DNA from: Macrostomum hystrix
Taxonomy: Eukaryota; Animalia; Platyhelminthes
Length of the DNA stretch: 64,000 nt
Reading direction: 5' to 3'
NCBI GenBank assembly: GCA_950097015.1
Contig: CATNEN010000001.1
Location: forward strand, 930,001 to 994,000
Of the stretch, positions 12,067 through 24,904 are shown piece by piece. Both the position numbers and the translations under genes were made by a program. Position 1 is the stretch's first letter; every line of letters starts with the position of its first letter. Below the pieces are notes generated by a model that had not been told where the DNA came from, did no database searches, and worked only from the letters and a program-made list of their open reading frames with translations.

Positions 12067-12858
12067 ATAATGTGAGCATTAGCCAGCCCTGCTCTGCACC
12101 CGGACATCCCCGCGTTTCAAAATATAAATATACCGGACTGCTATGGTATTGTAGTGTATAGTGATTCGGTGTGACGGTTCAGTGGTTCACATACTGCGAC
12201 ATGTCACATACTGGTTGAACAGTATAATGTATTTTCGCGTCCTTCAACGGAAGCTGCTAAGATATCTGCTGGCTATGTGACATGTCGCAGTATGTGAACC
12301 ACGAACCGTCACATTGCTCTGCACCTGGTCACCCGTTTCAAAATATAAATAAATAATAAACAAAAATAATTTAGTGTTTGTAATTTGTTTAATTGTTAAT
12401 AGTACACAACTTCTTATCTTGTTTATTCTATCATTAAAATAATATGAACTGAACTGACTGGCGGTTATGCGGTTTACATTGGCGTTGAGACACTTATTAC
12501 AAGACCGACGTAATCGTAATCGATCAGTCTGAGATATTATGTTTGTATTTATATTGCGCAAAACCTGAGAATAATGAAGTATACTTAAAACTAAAATTGA
12601 TGTAAAAAAGAATAGACAGTAGTGGAATCAAATCGCTTAGAATCAAATCGCGTAAAAGTATATATTTTTTAGTTTATTATTATATCAACGTATATTAAAT
12701 CAATCGATTAAATCAAGTTCAGTCTGAATTTATTTACAAGTGAGTCGATTATTCAGTTAGCCAGCCAGCCAGCCAGTCAGTCAGCCAGCCAATCAGCCAG
12801 TAGACAGACAAAGCAGCCCAATCTGAGTTGCACGCCGAGCCAATTGAATTGAATGAAA

Positions 12859-14352
12859 TCAATTGCCGCACAGACATTGTCGCGTCTTGATCAATCGGCC
12901 GTGTCTTGACACTGTCGTAGTCAATATATTGTGTGTGCATATACAATACGAGCGTCTAGATGCATGCAAAGCATCAGTCGCAGGTATAGTCGATTGCGAT
13001 GACTGCACATCACTTATTGACATTGCGACATCGTCGTCAAGGTCGGCGGTCAGAACCAATTCTGCTGCGGCATCGGCATCTCCTTGCGGCACTGTCACAT
13101 CAGATAGCTGTTCATCAGAATCGTTGTTGACATCAGCAATGATGATCTCCATTGCGACATCAAACATGTCATCGATGTGACTTGCTTCGGAATGGGCAGC
13201 GAAATCCGATCCAGCAGCAGCAGCAACACAATCCGTATTGGTGGACAGAAATTGCATAGCGGCAGGTTGCATCAAGTCGAGCAGAATCTGCGCCATTTCA
13301 ATGTCATCACCGTGACCGGATGATGTACCAATACACACTGACTGCGTGCTGACATTGGCTTCGATGGAAACATCGGTCACACCGTTTTGTGCACTGACAC
13401 CAACTGTCGCTGTTGTTACTCTTGGCGCACAGACAGGAATAAAAACAGGTAGCGGCACCGGAACGAAATACGGCACCTCGACAGTTGGAATCGGCAACAT
13501 AGGCATCGCTGGTGATCCGATTGGCTCAATTTGCAACATTGGCATTGATGGCGATGGTACTGGCGAGTGATCCGATTGGATTGTTTCTGCTGCTGCTTCA
13601 ATCGCATTGTGATTAAGCGGAGTAGATGTACAAATTGGATGCCGTACTGATCCAATTGACACGCTGTCCGCTTGGCTCACATGTTCAGCAGGCTCGTCAG
13701 TACTTGTTGCATAGATGATGCCTGATTCAGCTGCGCTATCTTCTATGATGATAGTTTCTGCTGGCTGCTCTGCTGCTGACTGCTCTGCTGATGGCTGCTC
13801 TGCTGCTGGCTGCTCTGCTGCTGGCTGCTCTGCTACTGGCTGCTCTGCTACTGGCTGCTCTGCTGCTGGCTGCTCTGCTGCTGGCAGTCGACGGGCAATG
13901 TAGCGCTCGTGCATATAGTCGACAATCTCGCCGACCACAGCTGGTAGTGGATCCAGTTGTTCAAGCTGGACCACTTCGCCCATTGCCGCTGCTCCCGCCA
14001 CTGCCACTGGCTGAGCTGGTTGGCCACCGACGCGACGCTGCGGATTCCGCTTACATCTATATAGATGATGCAACATGTTGGACGTTATTTTGTTGCAATG
14101 CGAACACGCTAGCACACGTCCACCGGCAGCGACATCCACACCAGCCCGCTGTAGTTGCAGCATCTTCCAGACGGCACTTCCACGCTCCTTAACCGACGCG
14201 AATAGCGATGGCCTTTGACCAACAGGTAGGACTGTCCAGTCAAATTCGGCATGGACAGCTTTATGCGCCTCTATAAAATGTCTTCGCATCATATTGGCGC
14301 GGATTTGCTGGCCGCAGAAATGGCAGAAGCGGAGTCCGTTGTTGTCTTCCAT
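12859..14352 (-). CDS. Element gene 5: N-terminal double zinc finger (C2H2 plus C2HC) followed by a long acidic, disordered region with (AEQPA)n and a PV-rich motif
   Basis: 497-aa ATG ORF; CHFC-x11-H-x4-H and CSHC...H...CKRNP; VPYFVPVPLPVFIPV; near-identical copy at 23419-24708. Confidence 0.8.
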   Translation of the reverse strand: MEDNNGLRFCHFCGQQIRANMMRRHFIEAHKAVHAEFDWTVLPVGQRPSLFASVKERGSAVWKMLQLQRAGVDVAAGGRVLACSHCNKITSNMLHHLYRCKRNPQRRVGGQPAQPVAVAGAAAMGEVVQLEQLDPLPAVVGEIVDYMHERYIARRLPAAEQPAAEQPVAEQPVAEQPAAEQPAAEQPSAEQSAAEQPAETIIIEDSAAESGIIYATSTDEPAEHVSQADSVSIGSVRHPICTSTPLNHNAIEAAAETIQSDHSPVPSPSMPMLQIEPIGSPAMPMLPIPTVEVPYFVPVPLPVFIPVCAPRVTTATVGVSAQNGVTDVSIEANVSTQSVCIGTSSGHGDDIEMAQILLDLMQPAAMQFLSTNTDCVAAAAGSDFAAHSEASHIDDMFDVAMEIIIADVNNDSDEQLSDVTVPQGDADAAAELVLTADLDDDVAMSISDVQSSQSTIPATDALHASRRSYCICTHNILTTTVSRHGRLIKTRQCLCGN

Positions 14353-14539
14353 TGCAGCTTAAATATAGTCGTTCGCTGGCTAGCCTGCTGAATAATCGAC
14401 AGAGTGGTCGTTGTGGCTGAATTTTAATTATCGATTTGCGTGCGCGCGCGCATATATTTACCTAGCACTGCTCATATCCTGTACAGAGCAGCAGTCAGAC
14501 ACATAGACATAGACAGACATCGTCAACTATTTCCATATA

Positions 14540-15145
14540 TAGTATTTTCGCGAAAATACTGATATGCTCTATAAACAAAGGTAAGGGCAGTATTTTTGCA
14601 AAAGTTCTTAAAGTAGTATGCATGATTACATCTTTGGTATTTTCGCGAAAATACTGCTATGCTATTAAACAAAGGTAGTTGGCGGTATTTTTGCGAAAAT
14701 TCTTAATGTAGTGTGCATGGCTACATATTAAGGTATTTTCGCGAAAATACTGCTATGCTATTAAACAAAGGTAGTTGGCGGTATTTTTGCAAAAGTTCTT
14801 AAAGTAGTGTGCATGGCTACATCTTAAGGTATTTTCGCGAAAAGACTGCTATCCTATTAAACGCAGGTAGTAAAGGTAGTTTGCGGTATTTTTGCAAAAG
14901 TTATTAAAGTAGTGTGCATGGCTACATCTTAAGGTATTTTCGCGAAAAGACTGCTATGCTATTAAACAAAGGTAGTTGGCGGTATTTTTGCAAAAGTTCT
15001 TAAAGTAGTGTGCATGATTACATCTTTAGTATTTTCGCGAAAATACTGCTATGCTATTAAACAAAGGTAGTTGGCGGTATTTTTGCAAAAGTTATTAAAG
15101 TAAGTAGTGTGCATGGCTGCATATTATGGTATTTTCGCGAATTTA
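14540..15145. repeat. Palindrome array 2 (about 7 units of 96-105 bp)
   Basis: Same unit as array 1; lies between the 5' end of gene 5 and the 3' end of the recombinase gene. Confidence 0.95.
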
Positions 15146-15542
15146 GATACGTATTCTCAGACAAAGTGACTTGTACTTTTTTACCATCGACAAATTTGGT
15201 ATATTTCTGCTAATTGTCAATAATCACGAATGATTTTTTCGTGTATCTTCGGCTTTTAAGAAAACGAGAATAGTTTAATCTTAGTTTAATCAGATGATAA
15301 TCAAATGATTTCATTTGATAATTTATTTAATTACTAACGAAATAATCACAGTGTTGACAATCATTAGCATCTTAACAATATATAAGAGAGCAACAAACAG
15401 AACATATGAGATTCTCGGTTGTAAAGGGACGGGTATTAGTGGGGGTATCACAATTGACACAATTGATAATTGATAATAGTTTGGCAAATCAGACAATCAG
15501 CACATATAAAGTCAGATGACACGACTGGGACAATATGAGCAT

Positions 15543-18500
15543 TCAGATGTCCAGTCTAGTTCTCGAACTGATCAGGCGCCCAGATCGCGTCCTGTATTCC
15601 GTTCGACGAACCATGAGTAGCTCAGAATCCGAGCTGGTCTCATTGTCATTGCTGACGTGCTGTTGTTCACCATCATCACCTTCTTCGTCGATATCGTCGT
15701 GAACGTTGCCTTGTCCAGCCGATGCTCCAAACATCGGCGGTTGACTAAGACTGCGTCGTCTAGACGATGTAGACGAAATAGGCGATGGTGTTGCTGAATC
15801 GATGGCCGGCTTTGTCGACTCGGTGTTGTCCGTTGTTGAACATCTAGGACTAACCGTAGCGGGTCGCATTGTCGACATTCGAGGTCGCTTCTTGTCAGTG
15901 GCCTTGCAAATGGACGACCGTCGAACGCGTCGCTTGCGTGTGCGTTGACTATGTGGCATCACAATGTCATCAGCAGGTAGAGGAGATGCAGCCGATGAAT
16001 TGGTTGCGTCCAGATCAACGCTACAGGCGGCAGAGCGACGACGCTTCGTGTCGTTTTCGGCTGTTGGATGTCGTTGATGTCGACGATCAAGTGGCCGATT
16101 GTGACAGAATGTCTCGAAGCATCCTCTGACGTCGTCGGCGACCATCAGATTGGCCTGCTGTTTGGCCAGGCGTCCATACGCATTCACGACACAGTTGCGC
16201 GATGTGTCGTACAGAGGCACCAGCTGGTCTAGCTTGTCGGGATGCGCGTGCACATAGGCCGACAGTACATTTCGACGACCATCGCCCATGCGATAGGGCC
16301 GATCGATGACCAACTCGGCGCCCTGCTTGACAAGCGTGCTGAAACTTGTCGAGTCACGCTGCTTGCCACGATGCGTAGGAAACAGCAGACATTTGCCTGG
16401 CCTGACATGGATGTTGCACTCGGCGAAGTATGGCAATAGAAAGTTGTCTATCCATTGCAGTAGACATTCGCCGACTTTGCGTGGCGCAGTCCAGCTTGCA
16501 CCTTTACCACAACCGTCCTTTTTGTGTGCCACTTCGGTAGGCGGCAGGACTGTGACAATGGTGGAGGACGTTGATACGCCGCTATTGAGTGCAGCATCCA
16601 AATAGCAACGCCGAATCGCGACCCATGGACGTAGTCGATTGGCATGGACAATTGCTGCACAGAAGAAGGCCAGTTCACGCGTGATCGGCATAATAAATGT
16701 ATTCCATTTGCCGACGACGTTGGCCATTCGACGTGCACATTGTCCAATGCGACCCCAGTAGCCCTTCACGGGTAGATGAGACCACGAATGTTTGGCGACC
16801 ATATCAATCAGGCAGTCTAGCCGGTTGTGAATGATGCGCCATTCGTCAGCGGTCAGGAACTTATCCGTGTAGGACAGCTGGCGTTCGTCATCGCGCAGGT
16901 GATAGATATTCTCTTGCCGCTGACGAATCAATCCAATGCAAGCCTGTACATGTTAAAGGGTTATGAAAGAGAAAGTACATGCAGTAGCTTCTACAATTGT
17001 TCGTGATATATCAACTAACATAGTATACAATATGCGACACAACAACACTGCTCACCATGATTGATTCGATGCGGCTAGTCAACAGACCAGATACTGCAGT
17101 CTGATGATAGAGAATACCATCTTTGAGCGGGTCAGGACAGGCAGGCAATTCTGACGCGGCCTTGACAATGTCGGCATGCACGTTGGCAAACAATCCATCT
17201 GGTGGCGAGGTCAATTGGAACGCGTTCATAACACTAGGAGCACCGAAGTCGTTGTTGGCTGCTAGAAACTTCTTCGCGCCGCTCAATATGTTATGAAGCT
17301 CGTTCATTCGCTGTCCAACAGTCGATGGTTTCCAGATATGGCGCTTCACCATCTCGTCCAAATCGAATTGGATGCGCCCTGGATTGATGAACCACATCTC
17401 GACTGTGACATTGATTGCGTGTAGGAGACGACTAGTTGTAGCATGATAGTTCCGCTGGATTGCTTTCCTACGACTAACATGCGATGCGTTCTCTTCTACA
17501 CAGCAATGACCCTTGAACCAGATGTCGCCGACATTGTCTAGTTGCTTGTACATGTGTTCAGATGCAACGTGGTAGTCTGGGCCGTCGAAAACAACAAGCC
17601 GAGACTTCTTGTGCCTCCGTTGCAATACAAGCTCCTCTTCACTGACAGAATCATCAGTATTTTCCACGTCAGATTTAGAGGTCTGAGTCTCTGCTTGTCG
17701 CTGACTGACAGCATTGGTGACTCCGACCGGAACATAGTCTGACGTATACTGGAGAATTGCTTCTGTCAGATTGACCAGATTCTGCAAGCTAGTACACACG
17801 CGCGGATGCTCAGCGTTGTGGGCTTTCTGCAGAATCTCGTTGAGGCCGGCCGCATTCAGACGCAGTCCATTGATAAACTCTGTTTGACAGGAAAGTTATA
17901 AATATTTGTTGATTATTTTTTTGTCTTTATGTGTAAATTTAAAAATGTAAAGGCATGTACAACAATATTTTAGACCACTTACTGATCGCTGCCACATTGT
18001 CGTTGGCATTATCGAATTCTGGCATCGTACTCGTTTCGTTTTGCAGTCGCTCGATGTCGTGACTGACAATATCGGCCGTGTAAGATGGTCCGGCACGATC
18101 GAAACTAGCCAACACCGGTGCTACTAAAGTAGACGGTGTGACAGACGATGCACTGCTGATAATGCGTACAGCATTGGACTGTCCAGCAGAAGACGATCCC
18201 GCAGAAGACGCTAACACGACAATAGGCGGCTCAATGTTTGCACCCGCGTCTATCGAATCAGACGAAGAGTCGTCGCTGTCACTTGACGAACGGGTTGCAT
18301 TTGCTGCCTCTGTAATTGCCGGTTTACGCTTGCATGTCCTGGCAATGTGTTTACTGAGATGCTGAACACCTTTGCCACAGTATTGACAATAAGACAAAGA
18401 TGCATCGGATCCATCCCGACGTAACCGGATGATCTTCAATACGGTCTTTGCCTTGACGTCATACGATGCAGTCGCTGCGGGTCGTTGAACCTCCGGGATC

Positions 18501-18604
18501 GTGCTCCAATCGAAAGCCGAGACGAAGTCTGAATGATTTGTAAGAAAGTGCCTTACAACATTCGTCTTCCAAAATGAAGCTTTGCAGACTGGGCACGTAT
18601 CCAT
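15543..18604 (-). CDS. Element gene 6: zinc-finger plus divergent tyrosine recombinase, 3 exons (18604-17983, 17879-17056, 16943-15543), about 948 aa
   Basis: Donors GTAAGT and GTGAG and acceptors AACAG and TACAG join three ORFs in frame (phase 1, then phase 0). YR-like order: WKPSTV core-binding-like helix, NRLRP (R), AHK (K), LLFPTHRG, GDGRR, YDTS, NAY (Y). Confidence 0.75.
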
Positions 18605-19192
18605 TTCGCTGGTTAATATTTAATTTAGCTGTTCCAAAGTGCTTATGACAGAAGAACGTTTACACAGATTTGTAAGCGAGCGCGCTCGGCTTCTGACTTA
18701 AGCTGCTATCGTGACCCGTACGACAGTTTAATCACATAAACTATCATTCAAGGTTGGTCTATGGCGAAAAAGCATAATATCGAACTCATAATATATTTAA
18801 CGTTGCTATATTGTCTACTCATAGTAGAGTAGGTAGTTTCGAACAGAAAATGAACATAAACACGAATAATTATTTGATTTCTGAATGTCTATATGTTGAA
18901 AAGGCACTTAAATTATTGTTGATTATTCCAGAGGTATTTTCGCGAAAGTACATATATATTCTCAAACAAAGGTTAATGCAGTCTTTTTGCGAAAATACTT
19001 TTGTGTTAATATGATTACTCTTTCTAGTGGTATTTTCGCGAAAAGACATATGTGTCCCATATAAAAGTAAAGGCATAATCAAAAGAAGGTAAATGCCGTA
19101 AACGTTAATAATAATGGGGGTTCACAAAAAGTAGTTTGGTAGTAATTAGTAGTAAATTACTAGCATATTTTTTTAAATAGAGAAAAATGCGT

Positions 19193-19262
19193 AGTGCCGA
19201 CTGGGATTCGAACCCGAGCCACTGCTACTAAAAAGGAATGCTTTAGACCTGCATGCCAGATC
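19193..19262 (-). pseudogene. tRNA-derived sequence (tRNA pseudogene or SINE head)
   Basis: Minus strand has a degenerate A-box TGGCATGCAGG and a perfect T-arm/B-box CTCGGGTTCGAATCCCAG; the anticodon arm is not well formed. Confidence 0.5.
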
Positions 19263-21134
19263 ACTTGCAATTGAAATGTGTGTTATCTTGTTATTTATAT
19301 TGATTTTCTTTCGGATGTTGGATTTTTAATGATTTTTGTCTGCAAATAGTGGAATCTTGATCACGTTTTCAATATTTTCTAACAGAACAATAAGATTTAT
19401 TGAGAGAATATAGATAGTACTGCTGATTATTACTACTATTGTTAGTATTTTCGCGAAATACGGATACGTATTTAATGCTCACACCATCTACCATCTGTCA
19501 GTGTCTCCTCTGGTTCTGGTTCTGTTCCTTTATGCCGGTGCCAAGTCTATACCAGTGGCGGTAATAATGCCCTGTTAAGCATTAAAACTTCTGTCTTTAG
19601 TCAGTAGTCTGCAGCGTTTTGTGCAATTATTATTATTCATAATCTTCATAAACATGATAAAATTGCACGTATTGTTCAACCGTTTTCCTACAATTGATAA
19701 TCAGATTACTTAATTCCTGTTTACGTGTTGACATTCTCATCTTAAATTAACAACAATTCGTTTAAAATCACTGCCTAGCTTATGTCGAAAACTTTCTCTA
19801 AAAATATACAAATTTCAAAGGCGCTGAATGCCGCCATATGCAAAAGTAATTCTGACTGCCTGCCTATATTCTGCAGTTCAGTATGCTTTAAAATGTTAAA
19901 AATTCAAAACAGTTAATAAAAATTGGCCTTTTCTCTTCGTTTGTACATTTTTACTATTGCTTTTTTAAGCAAAATATACTACTTTTACTCAATGAGGGCT
20001 AATGCCCTCAAAAATAAATAAGAAAAAAAATAAGAAAAATGACGGAGAACTCGGAGAACTTAAAAAATGTAAATGAAAAATGACAAATAAATTATTATAC
20101 GCTTGTGCCAAGATAAAGAAAGTTAAGTTTATACGAAGTTGCTCATGTAAAAAACATTAATAAAAACGGATTAGTTTTGAAAAAGTAAAGTACAAACGAC
20201 AAAAAATTATTACACACTTTCGTATCGCTATAAGATATTCCAAGATGCACTATTAAAACGTGCAGACTATAGGTATGTAGTGCATTAAATTGTGTGTATT
20301 TTAACATAGACATATCTGCTTGGTACAGCTCGATTTTTCGCGATTTTTTTATTCGTATCCACATTTTTTCTTTCGAAAATACGGTCAGACGTTGTTGGCC
20401 ATAGACACAAAAACGACTGCATATAATTCATATTGTATGCAGTATTTTTGCAAAAGTTCTTTAAGTAGCGTGGCTATACCTATGGTATTTTCGCGAATAT
20501 AGCCAGACATTTCATCTATAATTAGTATTTGCGCACTGCCAAACGAAACGAAAACAAGTTGACTACTTGAGATCTGTGCATAATGTGGCAGTGGTAAAAA
20601 GGTAAGAAGGCTCTTATGGAAGACAGCATCGTCACACCGGACTGCTATACAGTATAGCAGTATACAGTATACACTAGCATTTGTAGTGTAGTGAGTGGGA
20701 GTTACTGTGACATGGTTCACATACTGCGACATGTCACATAATGGTTAATATCAATTTGCAATTTAACGTTGTACATCGCATAGCTGCTCGTGCCAATGTT
20801 AGATTGACGTTGTACGTCTGGTTAAATTCGCGCATTTTGCGCAACGCAAAATACAGCAGTACTTTGCATAGACGTACAATGTCAATCTAACATTGCCCAT
20901 GCAAGTCTCAACCTCATGAGTGTTTCCTGGTATGTCCTCATTCTCCCACTGTCTTTCGACTATCTTTTGTATTTTTAAATGTTTCATACAGTTTTTGTAT
21001 GCCAATTTTATAAAAACGACTGCGACCAAGTGACTGTCCTTTCAAGCGCAGCTACAGTACATGTCAAATTAGCATTAATAAATAAATAATAAATATAAAT
21101 AATTTAGTGTTTGTTATTTGTATAATCATTAATA

Positions 21135-22820
21135 TTGGTTTTGACAATCAATATGAGAAGATGGACAATCAAAATGAAGACAGCCATAGATCTGAATGCA
21201 GCAGCTCAGCACAGCTTCGCAGCAGCTGCGGCTTAGGCCATAGACTTTTGACGATCGAAATGAGAATTGGACAATCAAACTGGCAACGGGAGCAGTATGC
21301 ATGTTTATTTGAACGAAAATTTAACATTAAAATGTATAAATTTAAAAAAGTTAAAATTTAACAATAGAAACGAGAAATCAACAACAGAAATGGCAACACA
21401 GCCTCTAACAGTCAGAAAAAAGATGGAAACACAGCAGTCCAGCAGCATGGGTTCAAAACTCATGCCCAGCAAGGCAGCGTCCAAGCTGACGGAAGCAGCG
21501 CGATTCCCACGCAGCTGCCTTATCCGGAGTCACGGCTTCAGGCAGTGACTCACGCGCCACTCTCTCCAGCAGCATGTAACGCCACTCTTCCTGGTTCACG
21601 CCTTCTGGGGCAACTGCCTCTTCATCAACGATGTCAGGCTGCGCCAGTCTGCTTTTGATCTTTGCCTTGAGGCAACTGTTGGCGAATTCCGAAGGGTTCA
21701 GAAAAGGTAAATATCCCGGAAGAATGCGGATGGACACAGCGTACTGCAGATGTTGCGGAATGCGCGCTGCTCGATGGAAATGCGGACCGTCCATCACGAC
21801 AAGCCACGAAGCCGCAGCATCAAGACGGTGGCATTCCTCGCTCAGTTCGTCGATGAAGATCTGAAATCTGGCGTTCGTCTGGCCTCCTCGGAACACCGAC
21901 GAATGCACGAGGCCAAACTCAGCGGCTATCGCCATGCAAACAGTCACATTTGGTCCGCGCTGCGTTGTGACCCTTCGCCTGACCTCTTCACCTTTTAGGC
22001 TGCGACCCTGCGATCTTCTGGTCCACAAATTGAATCCCGTTTCATCAAGAAACACCAACCGTACTGCAGGGGTCCAAGTTCAGCACGAACTCTGCGTACT
22101 CTCGCCGAGCCTCAATGTTCTCCTGGCTGTTCGTTCTCGAGCGCACATCCGTGCCCTTGGTGGCCAGCTTAACTGTGTACATCAGTCCCTGTAGAATTCT
22201 GTCCACAGTTCTGTACGAGATGTCCAGTTTGTCGGGGAAATGGTTGTTGACCCGCTGTGCCATCTCGCTCAGGGTGAGGAACGGGTTGCGGTTCACCTCT
22301 GCTTCCAGAAATTCACGAATCTTCTCATCCACCTTGCACCTTGCTTCTTTTCGGCCTCCACGAGGCATAACGTCCATCCTTCCCTCATTCCTGTACAGCC
22401 TCACGATGCGATGAGCAGTTGAACTTGACAGCTGAAGGATTATTGCTGCGTCCTTGACCGGTGTGCCTCGATTCATTGCCTCGATGAGCCGACGTCGGTC
22501 AACTGGACTCACAGGTGGTGCTATCACCAGCAAACTGGAGAGATGGCTGGCAGAATGAATCTTTTGCTCAAAGCCTTACATGCGGTTTCCACTGGCATTA
22601 AAAGGGAAAAGTGAAGTCCATTCTATTCTTTCCTTCATGGTGCTGTCTCGCTACACTAACCAAGCGTTGCCATTTTGATTGTCCAATTCTCATTTCGATC
22701 GTCAAAAAAGTCTATGGCCTAAGCCGCAGCTGCTGCGAAGCTGAGCTGAGCTGCTGCATGCAGATCTATGGCTCTCTTCATTTTGATTGTCCATTTTCTC
22801 ATATTGATTGTCAAAACCAA
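21135..22820 (-). mobile_element. IS630/Tc1/mariner DNA transposon with about 155-bp TIRs and TA target-site duplication
   Basis: TIRs at 21135-21288 and 22664-22820; TA on both flanks; the empty site TTAA-TA-GTACACAAC is present in the paralogous copy near 12397-12410. Confidence 0.95.
21453..22533 (-). pseudogene. Tc1/IS630-like transposase (HTH plus DDE), one frameshift near 22060
   Basis: FLDETGFNL, VMDGPHFH and PFLNPSE motifs (D-x33-E by my count); N-terminal HTH lies in the adjacent frame. Confidence 0.9.
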
Positions 22821-23418
22821 TAGTACACAACTTCTTATCTTGTTTATTCTATCATTAAAATAATATGAACTGAACTGACTGGCGGTTATGCGGTGTACAT
22901 TGGCGTTGAGACTTATTACAAGACCGACGTAATCGTAATCGATCAGTCTGAGATATTATTTTTGTATTTATATTGCGCAAAACCTGAGAATAATGAAGTA
23001 GACTTAAAACTAATATTGATGTAATAAGAATAGACAGTAGTGGAATCAAATCGCTTAGAATCAAATCGCGTAAAAGTTTACCTTTCTTAGTTTTTTCTTA
23101 TATCTACGTATATTAAATCAATCGATTAAATCAAGTTCAGTCTGAATTTATTATAAGTGAGTCAGTCGATTATTCAGCCAGCCAGCCAGCCAATCAGCCA
23201 GTAGACAGACAAAGCAGCCCAATCTGAGTTGCACGCCGAGCCAATTGAATTGAATGAAATCAATTGCCGCACAGACATTGTCGCGTCTTGATCAATCGGC
23301 CGTGTCTTGACACTGTCGTAGTCAATATATTGTGTGTGCATATACAATGCGAGCGTCTAGATGCATGCAAAGCATCAGTCGCAGGTATAGTAGATTGCGA
23401 TGACTGCACATCACTTAT

Positions 23419-24708
23419 TTAACTTGCGACATCGTCTTTAAGGTCGGCGGTCAGAACCAATTCTGCTGCGGCATCGGCATCTCCTTGCGGCACTGTCACA
23501 TCAGATAGCTGTTCATCAGAATCGTTGTTGACATCAGCAATGATGATCTCCATTGCGACATCAAACATGTCATCGATGTGACTTGCTTCGGAATGGGCAG
23601 CGAAATCCGATCCAGCAGCAGCAGCAACACAATCCGTATTGGTAGACAGAAATTGCATAGCGGCAGGTTGCATCAAGTCCAGCAGAATCTGCGCCATTTC
23701 AATGTCATCACCGTGACCGGATGATGTACCAATACACACCGACTGCGTGCTGACATTGGCCTCGATTGAAACATCGGTCACACCGTTTTGTGCACTGACA
23801 CCAACTGTCGCTGTTGTTACTCTTGGCGCACAGACAGGAATAAAAACAGGTAGCGGCACCGGAACGAAATACGGCACCTCGACAGTTGGAATCGGCAACA
23901 TAGGCATCGCTGGTGATCCGATTGGCTCAATTTGCAAAATTGGCATTGATGGCGATGGTACTGGCGAGTGATCCGATTGGATTGTTTCTGCTGCTGCTTC
24001 AATCGCATTGTGATTAAGCGGAGTAGATGTACAAATTGGATGCCGTACTGATCCAATTGACACGCTGTCCGCTTGGCTCACATGTTCAGCAGGCTCGTCA
24101 GTACTTGTTGCATAGATGATGCCTGATTCAGCTGCGCTATCTTCTATGATGATAGTTTCTGCTGGCTGCTCTGCTGCTGACTGCTCTGCTGATGGCTGCT
24201 CTGCTGCTGGCTGCTCTGCTGCTGGCTGCTCTGCTGCTGGCAGTCGACGGGCAATGTAGCGCTCGTGCATATAGTCGACAATCTCGCCGACCACAGCTGG
24301 TAGTGGATCCAGTTGTTCAAGCTGGACCACTTCGCCCATTGCCGCTGCTCCCGCCACTGCCACTGGCTGAGCTGGTTGGCCACCGACGCGACGCTGCGGA
24401 TTCCGCTTACATCTATATAGATGATGCAACATGTTGGACGTTATTTTGTTGCAATGCGGACACGCTAGCACACGTCCACCGGCAGCGACATCTACACCAG
24501 CCCGCTGTAGTTGCAGCATCTTCCAGACGGCACTTCCACGCTCCTTAACCGACGCGAATAGCGATGGCCTTTGACCAACAGGTAGGACTGTCCAGTCAAA
24601 TTCGGCATGGACAGCTTTATGCGCCTCTATAAAATGTCTTCGCATCATATTGGCGCGGATTTGCTGGCCGCAGAAATGGCAGAAGCGGAGTCCGTTGTTG
24701 TCTTCCAT
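23419..24708 (-). CDS. Second copy of gene 5 (double zinc-finger acidic protein), C-terminally truncated by a new stop
   Basis: Almost identical to 12859-14352, with two fewer AEQP repeats and TAA at 23419; homology continues downstream to about 22823. Confidence 0.75.
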   Translation of the reverse strand: MEDNNGLRFCHFCGQQIRANMMRRHFIEAHKAVHAEFDWTVLPVGQRPSLFASVKERGSAVWKMLQLQRAGVDVAAGGRVLACPHCNKITSNMLHHLYRCKRNPQRRVGGQPAQPVAVAGAAAMGEVVQLEQLDPLPAVVGEIVDYMHERYIARRLPAAEQPAAEQPAAEQPSAEQSAAEQPAETIIIEDSAAESGIIYATSTDEPAEHVSQADSVSIGSVRHPICTSTPLNHNAIEAAAETIQSDHSPVPSPSMPILQIEPIGSPAMPMLPIPTVEVPYFVPVPLPVFIPVCAPRVTTATVGVSAQNGVTDVSIEANVSTQSVCIGTSSGHGDDIEMAQILLDLMQPAAMQFLSTNTDCVAAAAGSDFAAHSEASHIDDMFDVAMEIIIADVNNDSDEQLSDVTVPQGDADAAAELVLTADLKDDVAS

Positions 24709-24904
24709 TGCAGCTTAAATATAGTCGTTCGCTGGCTAGCCTGCTGAATAATCGACAGAGTGGTCGTTGTGGCTGACTTTTAATTATCGATTTGCGTGCG
24801 CGCGCGCATATATTTACCTAGCACTGCTCATATCCTGTACAGATGAGCAGTCAGACACATAGACATAGACAGACATCGTCAACTGGGTCTAAGCTATTTC
24901 CATA

